Positions 11,558 to 23,216 of a DNA stretch of 35,704 bases are shown in pieces. Origin of the DNA: Welwitschia mirabilis (Eukaryota). The translations under genes were made by a program, and so were the position numbers. Location: contig JBOZIK010000001.1 in NCBI GenBank assembly GCA_051453625.1, positions 21,040,355 to 21,076,058 of the forward strand, given 5' to 3'. Within the stretch, counting starts at the first letter, position 1, and the number at the start of each line of letters is the position of its first letter. The notes beneath the pieces are model-generated. The model searched no databases and was not told where the DNA came from. It saw only the letters and a program-made list of their open reading frames with translations.

Positions 11558-13589
11558 TGTGGTATGTATTTTTACATACAAACTCTAGTATGAATGGTAG
11601 TGATCCTAATGTCATAACCTATTGANNNNNNNNNNNNNNNNNNNNNNNNNNNNNNNNNNNNNNNNNNNNNNNNNNNNNNNNNNNNNNNNNNNNNNNNNNN
11701 NNNNNNNNNNNNNNNNNNNNNNNNNTGTGGTATGTATTTTTACATACAAACTCTAGTATGAATGGTAGTGATCCCAATGTCATAACCTATTAAAGACTTA
11801 TAAAAGAAGAATAAGGATTAATTTTTAGCAAAAAAGGTAACCAAAATTAAATAATAATGCAGAAAATAAAGATATCATGCAAATGCAAATATAACTAAAT
11901 CTAAATGCAATGAAAAATAAATCTAACCTACTTTTTTTTAGCCTTAACAAAGGTTGTCCTTAAGATCTATATTACTAATGAAATTATCACCAGATCAAGG
12001 GTAATATAAACCACAATAGACATATGATAAACTAATATGCACACATGAAAAATAGAGTTTTATATTAGAAAGATCTCACATTTGAATTACAAAATAGCCG
12101 AGCCTCAATGGAGGATGCACAGCCTGTTACCAAGGGAATGTCTTTTTGCAACTTATAAGATGGATCTCTAGTCCTTCGATCTCTTATTATGAGAATGTTT
12201 GATGCAAATAAAGATGGAGAGGAGAGTCAAAGGGGGGTCTTATTCATAGTTTTACAAATAAAAACTAACACACAAAAGGTGCTGCAGAATGCCCATTACA
12301 GGAAAGAAACAGTCAAAATGAATAAAAGATCGACTNNNNNNNNNNNNNNNNNNNNNNNNNNNNNNNNNNNNNNNNNNNNNNNNNNNNNNNNNNNNNNNNN
12401 NNNNNNNNNNNNNNNNNNNNNNNNNNNNNNNNNNNNNNNNNNNNNNNNNNNNNNNNNNNNNNNNNNNNNNNNNNNNNNNNNNNNNNNNNNNNNNNNNNNN
12501 NNNNNNNNNNNNNNNNNNNNNNNNNNNNNNNNNNNNNNNNNNNNNNNNNNNNNNNNNNNNNNNNNNNNNNNNNNNNNNNNNNNNNNNNNNNNNNNNNNNN
12601 NNNNNNNNNNNNNNNNNNNNNNNNNNNNNNNNNNNNNNNNNNNNNNNNNNNNNNNNNNNNNNNNNNNNNNNNNNNNNNNNNNNNNNNNNNNNNNNNNNNN
12701 NNNNNNNNNNNNNNNNNNNNNNNNNNNNNNNNNNNNNNNNNNNNNNNNNNNNNNNNNNNNNNNNNNNNNNNNNNNNNNNNNNNNNNNNNNNNNNNNNNNN
12801 NNNNNNNNNNNNNNNNNNNNNNNNNNNNNNNNNNNNNNNNNNNNNNNNNNNNNNNNNNNNNNNNNNNNNNNNNNNNNNNNNNNNNNNNNNNNNNNNNNNN
12901 NNNNNNNNNNNNNNNNNNNNNNNNNNNNNNNNNNNNNNNNNNNNNNNNNNNNNNNNNNNNNNNNNNNNNNNNNNNNNNNNNNNNNNNNNNNNNNNNNNNN
13001 NNNNNNNNNNNNNNNNNNNNNNNNNNNNNNNNNNNNNNNNNNNNNNNNNNNNNNNNNNNNNNNNNNNNNNNNNNNNNNNNNNNNNNNNNNNNNNNNNNNN
13101 NNNNNNNNNNNNNNNNNNNNNNNNNNNNNNNNNNNNNNNNNNNNNNNNNNNNNNNNNNNNNNNNNNNNNNNNNNNGGAGATGATGACTTAAATGTTAACA
13201 ATTATTTTCCTAAATGTGATGAGATGACCATGGGGATAACAACCTTTTACAAAACATGACTCAGCAGTGCTAGCTTAGCATCCACATTAGCATCTAATGT
13301 GGCTTGTTCCATATCATTATCATGCCTGTCATGGGGATGACAGAGGGAACAACAGTCTTTTTTATCCATCTAAGTAAGAAGAAGCTAGCCTTTTTTATCA
13401 ATGATTTTCCTCTAAAGTCATGTGTATCAAAATGTACCTTAAATGTCCTTAATCATACAAAGAATTGCACATGTCTAAGATCTTCTTTCAATTCTTCATA
13501 CTCCTCAAAATTGCATCCATACCTATGTAAATGTCTTGTAAAATAGCTCATAACATCCCATCAAATACACACAATTTGGTAGTGCATCA
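11558..13589 (-). repeat. 3' LTR of E3 (type B; length inflated by two gaps and an overlap duplicate)
   Basis: Plus strand starts TGTGGTATG and ends GTGCATCA. Colinear with 27562-28598 and with the reverse complement of 16747-17793. Confidence 0.85.
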
Positions 13590-13612
13590 TAGCCTTCCAC
13601 TTAACCTTTATC
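13590..13612 (-). other. Polypurine tract region of E3
   Basis: Minus strand GATAAAGGTTAAGTGGAAGGCTA directly precedes the LTR TG. The same tract lies beside the E5 and E6 LTRs. Confidence 0.7.
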
Positions 13613-14832
13613 AGTCTCTGATAAAAACCAGATGAACAACTACAATTACGAGTTAAATTATCTTAAAAAATCAATTTGAAATTATAAAATATGCTCATAA
13701 ATAATCTAAAACACATGACATAAAATAATAAGTTATGTATCATGTGTATGAAGTGAAAAATTTGAAAATTATGTCTCATGAAATCACTAAAATAACTCAA
13801 AAATTTGTAAAACTAATCCCTAAGAATAAGTCCTTTCCCCCTGAGAAAATAATATGTCTCGCATTAGCTAATAAAGCAAAGAAAGTAGATGGGAGTGAAA
13901 AGAAAGATAATGGATGTTTTTGAATTTGGAGAACTTTTTAAGTTAAGTGCAAACCTGAGTATATAAATTTGAGATGTAAATAATATAGATGAATGAAATA
14001 TTTTTAACAAGCAAAGAGTAGTTAGTAAAAATGTATAAATTTGAATGAAATATCTTCATGAATGCCTAACAAATATGCCATCAGAAAGATGATTAAAAGC
14101 AGTATTAAAACTCCAAAATACTAAAAAGAAACATCATAAAAAGTATTAAGGACACTCAACTAAGCAAGAAAACTATCAAATGTTAAGATCCTAAAATGAT
14201 AATAAAATACAAAAATGACTTTGAAATAACTAACTTGAACAATGAAAGAAAATAAAAAGAATGGACATTGGGCAATATAAAGAAGATAACATACCTATTC
14301 TAAATTGTAACCAGTAGACTTTTATGGAAGAAATCATAACATCACTTGATTTTAAAATGCATGACTGGCTTAAATGAAAAGTTCTATTCGATAAGGTAGT
14401 GGTTATGATAATGTTAAAAATTAAATTGTTTAAATAATAAGTGATAAGGTCAAAGAGTTACTCAAAAAATGGACTCACCTGCCTACACCTCTAAAAAAAC
14501 ACCTAAAGTTTGAGAAATGAAATGTTCATATGGAAAGACTTAAGAGTCTAGGAAATAAGAAATGCTTTTAATGATATTAGGAACACCACTGATCTTGTAG
14601 CCTTTAATTTTTTATTATCATTTATTATCCATGATAAGAGGAGTCAAACCACAGTTAAAGAAGTAAGGACCTGTGAAGCATGGCCAACTAACCTCTTAGT
14701 GAAGTTTTCACAACTATCATATTATACTACCAAAGGCCTCTCTCAAGAAAATTTACCCAACTATACTTGAGGTAGGACATTATGGTGACTATGTTTTTGA
14801 GCTATCTCAAATATAAAACATCAGGGTCTTAT

Positions 14833-14858
14833 CTTTCTCTCTCTTTCTCTCTCTCTCT
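14833..14858 (+). repeat. Imperfect (CT)n microsatellite in the E3 3' UTR
   Basis: ctttctctctctttctctctctctct; the homologous position in E5 carries (CCT)n near 30868. Confidence 0.6.
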
Positions 14859-15239
14859 ATCCTCCCTTTCCCCTTCTTTTTTAAAGCATAAATGAAAAAC
14901 AATGAAAACATTCCACATAACTAAACACTCCAAAAGACAAAGGTGAATTCATAAGATAAAAATAGAAAAGAACATCCTTAAATAATCTAAGACCTTTTCA
15001 TCATTGAGAAAAATATGAAAAATAAAGCATCTTTCTTTGAAATGAAGTTCATAAATATGTGAATGTCTTAAAATTGGATGAATCTAATCTTACCACTATA
15101 AAATGCCCAAGTTAAAGACTAGTCATAGAAATAAATATATAAGTCATGTTTGAAAAATGATCAAGTAACATCATAATGGCCTTCAAAGTAAAAAGATAAG
15201 AAAAAATTTAGAAAATAATAGGAAATAAGCCCTCCTCAT

Positions 15240-16746
15240 TGAGGAAAACCTCTAAGGCTAGTGCTTCTATCATGTTTACATTAGAAGGTTACTTGTATAT
15301 TTTCAACTTTGCCCATTAACTTTCTGAATTTCTTTAGTGGTTAAGTCAAAAATCTCAACAGATCCATTAGAATGTATTTTTTCAATAAGATAAGGACCTA
15401 ATCATCTTGAGGTCAACTTGTTATGTAGAAGGTATACTCTAGTGTTGTATAATAGGATAATTTAACTAGGTTCCAAGTTCTTATGAATTAACTTTTTATC
15501 ATGCTTGAACTTACTTTGGGCTTTGTGGATAAGTTGATGATGAATAGCTCAAGTTCATTTTTCATCTAGATCTAATTAAGCTAAACAAGTTTTTTAAGAT
15601 TTTATTCTAAGTTCACAAGATTAAGTTGATGTGTAGAATGATAATAATGGTAACAAACATTAATAGGTAAAGCACAGGCTTGATCATACTCAAGTTCATA
15701 AGGTGAAAAACCAAGTGAATTACAATAAATGGTATGGTAAGCCAAAATAACATAATTCAATTTAAAAGTCCATGACTTATTATTAGTAGAGACAAGTTTC
15801 TGAAGCATTTTTTTGATTTATCTATTAGCATTTTTATTTTATCCATTGTTTTGAGGATAGTAAGCACAAGGTACATGATGTTCTATACCAATGGCCAAAA
15901 GAAGTTTCCTAAAAAGATGATCAATAAAGAAAGTTTTTTGATCACTAATGATTATTCAAGGAGAATAAAAGCATTGAAAAATTTTAGTTCTAACAAAATT
16001 ATAAATGATTCGGGCATCGTTTAAGAAAGTAGGAGCTGCTTTAATCCATTTAGTCACATAATTCACAGCCACTAAAATATATTTTTGTCATTATAAGGTG
16101 GCATAATTGGGCATATGAAATCTATTTTCTAATAGTTAAAAGGTTCATGCTCAAGAATAGGTTTTATGAGCATTTCCTATGATTGTAAAATATTAGCAAA
16201 ACATTGACATGCATCACACCTTTTAGCATACTCAAAGGAGTCCTAAAAAAGACTAGGCCAATAGAATCTAGAGTGGAGAATTTTTATGGCTGTTTTTTAA
16301 TTGCTAAAATATCCACCATAAACACCATCATGATAAAGGTGAAAGATATCAAGTTTTCCCATTTGGGTATTGATCCTTACATCTATGATAAAGATGGGAC
16401 GCTATCCACTTGTGATTACTTATCCTATGAAGAATAGATTTTCTTTGATTGTGACTCTAATTTTGTTGTGTTTTTAAAGTGATAAGATAGTTAATGATAT
16501 CTACATATCATGGAGGGGGATGAATAGAAGATATAACAAATAATTATTCATCTAGTAAATAATCACTAATAGGAAGATCATCAAAAGAAAAAGTAAAGGC
16601 ATAATAAGTGATCTTCTATATTGTTATGTTTTCTTGCCTAACAGTGGTCTGCCATATCCATCAAGAAAATAATAGTGGGTGTGTTCTTGGTTTCTATCAA
16701 GTACTTAATTAAAAAAGAATAAATGATAATTACCTTTCTTAGTGAC
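15240..16746 (-). pseudogene. E3 RNase H (C-terminal part) and integrase pseudogene
   Basis: Zinc finger HLYHDGVYGGYF...FYWPSLF*DSFEYAKRCDACQ (about 16195-16345); KWIKAAPTFLNDARII; AYYPQNNG; ORF 15602-15808 ...LAYHTIYCNSLGFSPYELEYDQACALP; GPY motif near 15395; RH-like KVII..IKYLIETK at 16690-16740. Confidence 0.9.
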
Positions 16747-17793
16747 TGATGTAAGGTCAAATTATGTGTATTTGATGGATGTTATAAGCTATTTTATAGG
16801 ACATTTACACATGTGTGGATGTAATTCTGAGGATTATGAAGGATTGAAGGAAGATATTAGAAATATGAAATTCTTGGCATGATTAGGAATATTTAAGACA
16901 CATTCTAATACACATGGCTTTGGACGAAGATCATTGATAAGAAAGGCTAGCTTTTACTCACTTAGATGGACAAAGAAGACTATCATCCCCTCTGTCGTCC
17001 CCACGATAGGCAGGATGATGATACTACACAAGTCACATTGGATGTTGATGTGGATGCTGAGCCAGAAATGTTGAGTCATGTTTTGTAAAAGGTTGTCATC
17101 CCTATGTTCATCCCCATGACATGCAAGATGACAATTGTAACATTTGAGCCATTATCCCTATGGTCATCCCCACGATAGCCAGAATAATATTGTAACTACT
17201 AACACAACTTCTTTTCTATAATAGGTGCATTTTTTAGTGTCCTTTATGTGTCACTTTTGCTTTGTAAACCTATAAATAAATCTCTCCTTTGACTCTTCTA
17301 TCCATCTTCATCGACACCAAAATTCTTATGATAGGAGATTAAAGGGCCACAATTCTGTCTTGCAAGTTGTAGAAAGACATTTCCTTAGTGAAGGGCTATG
17401 TGTTCTCCATTGAGGCTCAACTATTTTGTAACCCAGATGCTGATTCTTTCTAGTATAAAAATCTAATTTTCATGTATTCATATTAGTTTATCATATGTTC
17501 CTTATGGTTTATGTTGCTCTTGATTCAGTGATAGTTTCATTTTTGATATAGGTCTTAAGGTTAGCCTTTATTAAGACTAAAAGAAAGTAGTTTAGATTTA
17601 TTTTAAATTGCATTTAGATTAAGTTGTATTTGCATTTGCATGGAATCTTTATTTTTTGTATTATTCTTTAATTTTAGTTATCTTATTTTATTGAAAATTA
17701 GTCCTTATTCTTCTCTTGTAAGTCTTCAATTGGTTACAACATTTGGGTCACTCCCATTCATACTAGAGTGTGTACGTAAAAATATTCACCACA
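16747..17793 (+). repeat. 5' LTR of E4 (type B, TGATG...CACCACA)
   Basis: TG...CA termini, followed by a PBS; mirror image of 27562-28598. Confidence 0.9.
17271..17278 (+). promoter_or_regulatory. Putative LTR TATA box
   Basis: CCTATAAATAAA followed by a pyrimidine patch. Conserved on the minus strand in type A LTRs (6392-6399, 29211-29218, 32191-32198) and mutated to TAGAAATA in E4' (about 28076-28083). Confidence 0.6.
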
Positions 17794-17799
17794 AAATTT

Positions 17800-17818
17800 T
17801 GGTGCCATTACCAGGGAA
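17800..17818 (+). other. Primer binding site of E4 (tRNA-Asp type)
   Basis: TGGTGCCATTACCAGGGAA, 6 bp after the LTR end. It is a transition-decayed form of TGGCGCCGTTGCCGGGGA. Confidence 0.85.
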
Positions 17819-18261
17819 GATTACTAAGGAGAATAAGGATTATCATCATTCAAGTGAATAAATTAGATTTCCATTTGATTGTTTATCTATAGTAACATTG
17901 TATTTTGACTAGGAATTACAGGTTTTTTGTTTGTAGTTTTTTAGTTTCAGTTTTAGTAGTAAAATAACTATCATTTCTTTTATCATCCTCATGACAGCTA
18001 AGACAATAGTTTATGATTTTAATTTTTATTTTTGGATTATAGTTTTATATTAGAATACAAATAATTATTGCATATTATCTACTATATCATCCACATGACT
18101 AGATGAATGACAAATCTTTGATTTTTGATTTTAGCTCTATTAAGTTTCTGTTTTCTACTCTTTATTTATCATTCACTCTATTACCTCCATGATAGATAGG
18201 ATGACTATTTGTTGTTTTTTATTTAGTTTTCTATTATTTTCTATTTGTAGGATACTATGAG

Positions 18262-21200
18262 ATGGTTAGTCCAGGAAAGAAGTATCAGAGAGAAAGGCTA
18301 TTAATAGAAGAAAACATTTGGGAAGGACTGGTTAACTTTGAAATCAAATCAGAAAAATAATCTCTAAGTGCATATAATCTTTCTTTTGAATTTATTTTTT
18401 TTGAATCTGATTGTGTTTAAGTAAATTTTATAAAAGATAATAATTTTACAATGTCGAGCACTGCCCAGAAGCAAAAGCAAGTTGTAAGGTCTTCAACCCC
18501 TGATCCTAATGTGAACCTTACTCTTAGGGAATTATTAGCAAATAGGAAACAAAAAATTTAAACTCCTTTCAATTTATGACTAGGAGATGATGTTGAATTA
18601 AAGAATCTACATGCTTATCTAATCTTTAATGGATAATCTAATGAGAACCTTCTCCAACACATCTCAAACATTGAATAGTTAGTTCTTATCTTAGGGAATG
18701 AAAAGAAAAGAATTGGTGATTGAATATACATGGTTATTTTTCCTATGAAATTAAGGAAAAAATGAAAAATGGCTAAAATATATTTCCCACAAAAGTTTAA
18801 AGTATTAGGATCAAGTCCAAAGAACCTTTATTAAAAGGTTTATGAGTGAAGAAACCATTAGAAAAAGGAAAAAGGAAGTAATAAATTTTCAACAACAACT
18901 GAATGAGGATTATGATTCCACATATGAATGCTTCTTTATAGCAATTCACTCTAATCTACTAGATGCCTTCACATACACAAAACTAGTTAACTACTTTTAT
19001 AGTGAGCTAGATCACCATACAAAACAACTTACAAACTTCTTTTATGATGGAAACCTTATAAAACTTACATTAAACAATGCCTGGAAAATATTAGAAGAAC
19101 TTATGGAGGTAAGACAAGCTTGGCCAACATCAAAAGAAAGCTGCACTATAGGACAACTCATCAAAGATTCAAAAGAGGTTAATAAGGAAATGAGATAGAA
19201 GATGAAGAAAACCCTATAAATTTGATTAAAAAATTCACAACAACTCTAGTTAAATATACTAAAATGATCTTAGATGCCAAATCAGCAACTAAGAAGAATG
19301 TTGTACTATCATGTGATTTATGCAAGGACAGTTATCACATTACCAAATATTATCCACTTTTATCAATTTATAAAGAGAAAATACATAAATAAGTTTGTTC
19401 TTTTAATAAAAAATTGTTAAACTTTAGAAATCAAAATTAGGTACGACCTAGGTTGAATATACAAATATTTGACAATAAGTTCTAAAACTTTTAAAACAAT
19501 TTTCACCCTTTCAAAAACTGATTTGAAAATTCAAACTGCCAACAAGTTTATCAAAATTTCAACATTCAAATGCTCCATTAGATGACCTTATGAAATTACA
19601 AGAAAGATTAAACTCTAACATTAAAAAGAAAAATGCTAGCTTAGAAAAACAAAATTCCAACATTGAAAACTTAGTAAATACCTTTCAACAAATAATGTTG
19701 GCAAACTAGATATTACAAGGATTATTGGCTATACAACCTTTATCAAATCCTAATGAAATAAGAAGATATTATAAGGTTGTAACATAAAGTGGTCAAGAGA
19801 TAAACCCTTCTTCTTATGAAGCATCCACCTCTCAAAATAACAATATAAATGATGAGGAAGAAGAGGACATTAAAATATTCGAAGATTACAACTTCCCTCT
19901 TCATCATAAAAGTAAAAATAAAAATTCTTTAGAACAATTAGAAAAGAAACCAACTTTCCCTTGGCTTAATAGGCTTAATAATAATTCAATTTTTAATGAA
20001 CATCTTAAATCCTTGATGAAAAATATGAGCATAAACTTATCCTTTTGGAAAATTTTATAAGAAAACCCAAAGTACTCAAAGATATGGAAAGACTTAATAA
20101 GAAGAAAATAGAAACGAGTCATTCATAGCAAAGTCTTTTTAGTACATTCCCTTATAAAATTAGTTTTATAAAAATCTCCAAAATTTAAAGATTCAGGGAT
20201 AGGAACAGTGAGTGTTACAGTATAGGGAAACAAAAATATCAAAAGAGCTTTAATTGATATTAGAGTGAGTATCAATATCATGCCTTACACATTTACAAGA
20301 GACTTGGTTTAGAAGATAGAATAGAGCCTACTCAAATTTTCTTAGAGTTAGTGGATACTTTGGTTAAAAAACCTTTAGGGATAATTAAATATTTAGTAAT
20401 CCAAATTTATAAGGCATGCTACTTAATAGATGTGGTCATTAAAGAGATTAAACATAATGGAGGATATCCATTACTTCTAGGATGAGCCTTCTATGTAATA
20501 ACCCACTGCATTATTGACACAAGAACTAGGATGATAGAGTGTCACCTATGAAACTAATAGTTTTTAACTAGAGTTTTTGATGCCACTGAGAAAGACCTAA
20601 ATGATGAATGGAACATAGAGGATAAAAACAAACCAACTTTATTCCTTCAACATCCCCTTGAGGAAAGATGGCTGACATTGCATGAACCCATACTTTATGT
20701 TGATCTACTTGAGGTTAAGAACTTAGAAGTCTTCGATATTTAAATTTGAGAATGACACATCTTAGATCAAAATGAAGAAGTAAAATCCTTAGATTATAAG
20801 GAAGTCCAGCTGTTAAATGAAAACTTATACTCTCATGGAAATCCTTCACTATGTACTAAAAATTTTAATTTGAATCTAAAAAATCTTCCTAATGGATTGA
20901 AATATATTTTTCTCTATGATGATTGAAATAAACCTCTTATAATCAATGAAAATCTTTTTCCTCAATAAGAGTTAACATTAATATTCCTTCTAACTTATAA
21001 ATTCATGCATTTTCTTGGTCTCATAGAGATTTATTTACTATTCCTTCTTCTATTATTTAAAATAAAATCTATCTTGAGGAAAATAAAAAACCTATTAGGT
21101 AACTATAAAGAATATTAAATATAGCATTTAAACAAGTAGTTAAAGATGAAATCATTAAGTTAATGGATGATAGAATCATTTATACTATATTATATAGCTA

Positions 21201-21867
21201 TTGGATTAGTACCTTGATTGTAGTACCAAAAAAGGATGGGAAAAGGAAAGTTTACATAGATTTTAGAAAACTTAATGAAGTTATAAAAAAATATGATTAT
21301 CCTCTTCCCTTCCTCAACCAAATCCTCGATAGAATTCAAGGACATCTTTCTATTGCTTTTTAGATGAATATATCAGTTATAACTAGGTTTGCATATCTAA
21401 TAAAGATTAAGCCAAAACAATTTTTACTTTACTTTTTTGGATGTTTGCTTTTAGATAAATTTGTTTTGGATTATGTAATTCTCCCAAAACGTTTCAATGT
21501 GCTATGATGAGTACCTTTTCAAACATGTGAGGATTTAATTGAAATATTTATGAATCACTTTTCTATCTTTGGAGAAACCTTTGATTAAATCTTAGCAAGA
21601 TTAGAAAAATTCCTTAATAGATGCATAGAATGTGGCCTTCATTTAAGTTGGGAAAAGTATTTGTTCTTAGTTAAAAGTGAAATTGTTCTAGGACACTACA
21701 TTTCTAAAATAGGAATTAAGATGTACCCTAAGAAAGTTAGTATCATTCAACACTTAACCACTCTAACTAATGCTAAGAAACTCTAATATTTTCTTGAACA
21801 TTATAGTTTTTATATCATTTTATATAATATTATGCTAAAACTCATCAGCCCCTATATCCATTACTAG
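18262..21867 (+). pseudogene. E4 gag-protease-RT pseudogene (RT copy 1)
   Basis: Start MVSPGKKYQRERLLIEENI; gag ORF fragment 18842-19198; knuckle CDLCKDSYHITKY(Y) at 19312-19353; protease ALIDIRVSINIMP at about 20246; RT ORF 21163-21363 WISTLIVVPKKDGKRKVYIDFRKLNEVIKKYDYPLPF. Confidence 0.9.
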
Positions 21868-21967
21868 NNNNNNNNNNNNNNNNNNNNNNNNNNNNNNNNN
21901 NNNNNNNNNNNNNNNNNNNNNNNNNNNNNNNNNNNNNNNNNNNNNNNNNNNNNNNNNNNNNNNNNNN

Positions 21968-23216
21968 TGCTTTTTCTTGGTCTCATTGAGATTTATCTAC
22001 CATTCCTTCTTCTATTATTTAGCATAAGATCTATCTTGAGGAAAATGCAGAACTGGTTAGGCAACCACAAATAAGATTAAATATAGTAGTTAAATAAGTA
22101 GTTAAAGATGAAATCATTAAGTTAATGGATGCTAGAATAATTTACACTATATAATATAGTAAATGGTTTAGTCCCTTGATTGTAGTACTAGAAAAGAATG
22201 GAAAATGGAGAGTCTTCATAGATTTTAGAAAAATAAATGANNNNNNNNNNNNNNNNNNNNNNNNNNNNNNNNNNNNNNNNNNNNNNNNNNNNNNNNNNNN
22301 NNNNNNNNNNNNNNNNNNNNNNNNNNNNNNNNNNNNNNNNTAGTACCAAAAAAGAATGGGAAATGGAGAGTCTTCATAGATTTTAGAAAAATAAATGAAG
22401 TCATAAAAAAAGATCATTATCCTCTTCCCTTCCTTGGTGAAACACTTAATATAATTTAGGGACATTCTTATAGCGATTATAACCAGGTTTGCATAGCTAG
22501 TGAAGATCAATTAAAAACCACTTTTGCTTTATGATTTGGGAAGTTTGCTTTTAGAAAAATGCCTTTTGGTTTATGTAACACTCCCAGAACTTTTTAACAT
22601 GCTATAATAGGCATCTTTTCAAACATGTTAGAGGATCCAATAGAAATCTTTATGGATGACTTTTCTATCTTTGGAGAAACCTTTAGTCAAACATTAGAAA
22701 GATTAGAAAAAGTCCTAAATAGATGCATAGAATGAAGTGTTCACTTATGTTGGAAAAAGTGTTTATTCTTAATTGAAATGGAATTGTTTTAGTTCATCAC
22801 ATTTCCAAAAGAGGGATTAAGATGGACCCTAAAAAAGTTGGTATCATTCAACACTTAGCTCCTTTAATTAATGTTAATCAACTCTAATATTTTCTTAAAC
22901 ATTGTGGTTTTTATCGCCATTTCATATAGGATTATGCTAAAATCTATAAACCCTTACATACATTACTAGAAAAATAAGCCAAATTTGATTAGAATACATC
23001 TTGCCAGTTTGCTTTTGATAAACTTGAACATAAACTCTCTTATGTTCCTATCATAATAGGACTTAATTGGAAGAAAGAATTTGAATTAAGGTGTGATGAT
23101 AGTAATTTTGCTATAGGTGGGATGCTCAGGAAAAAATATAAGAATGAGTTCAAAGTCATATCTTATCATAGTAAAACATTATATAAAGCTCAAGCCAACT
23201 ATTCAACTACTAAAAG
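21968..23216 (+). pseudogene. RT-RNase H pseudogene (RT copy 2)
   Basis: VVPKKNGKWRVFIDFRKINEVIKKDHYPLPF; MPFGLCNTP; FMDD at 22649-22660; RH ELRCDDSNFAIGGML...VISYHSKTLYKAQANYSTT. Confidence 0.9.

Larger units (their letters stand above)
11558..16746 (-). mobile_element. E3: 3' half of a pol-containing Athila-like element (RH, integrase, ~1.65 kb 3' UTR, PPT, 3' LTR) inserted in the E2 RT
   Basis: LTR 11558-13589, PPT-like tract next to it, 3' UTR homologous to E1/E5/E6, and integrase and RNase H remnants. Cut at 16746 by the E4 LTR. Confidence 0.85.
16747..23216 (+). mobile_element. E4: 5' part of a pol-containing Athila-like element (LTR, PBS, gag, PR, RT, start of RH); left arm of the inverted duplication
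   Basis: LTR 16747-17793 and PBS 17800-17818, then gag-pol running to the RNase H sequence AQANYSTT, where the orientation flips. Confidence 0.9.

Noticed and set aside
11558-13589. Apparently 2-kb LTR, or an insertion inside the E3 LTR
   Set aside because: The flanks of the 840-N gap are only a few tens of bp apart in the homologous LTR (about 28140-28200). An oversized gap is the simplest explanation and hidden content cannot be assessed.
16981-18210. CRISPR-like array (repeated palindromic motif with spacers)
   Set aside because: The repeats are degenerate, irregularly spaced and embedded in LTR/UTR DNA of a eukaryotic retrotransposon, and there are no cas genes.
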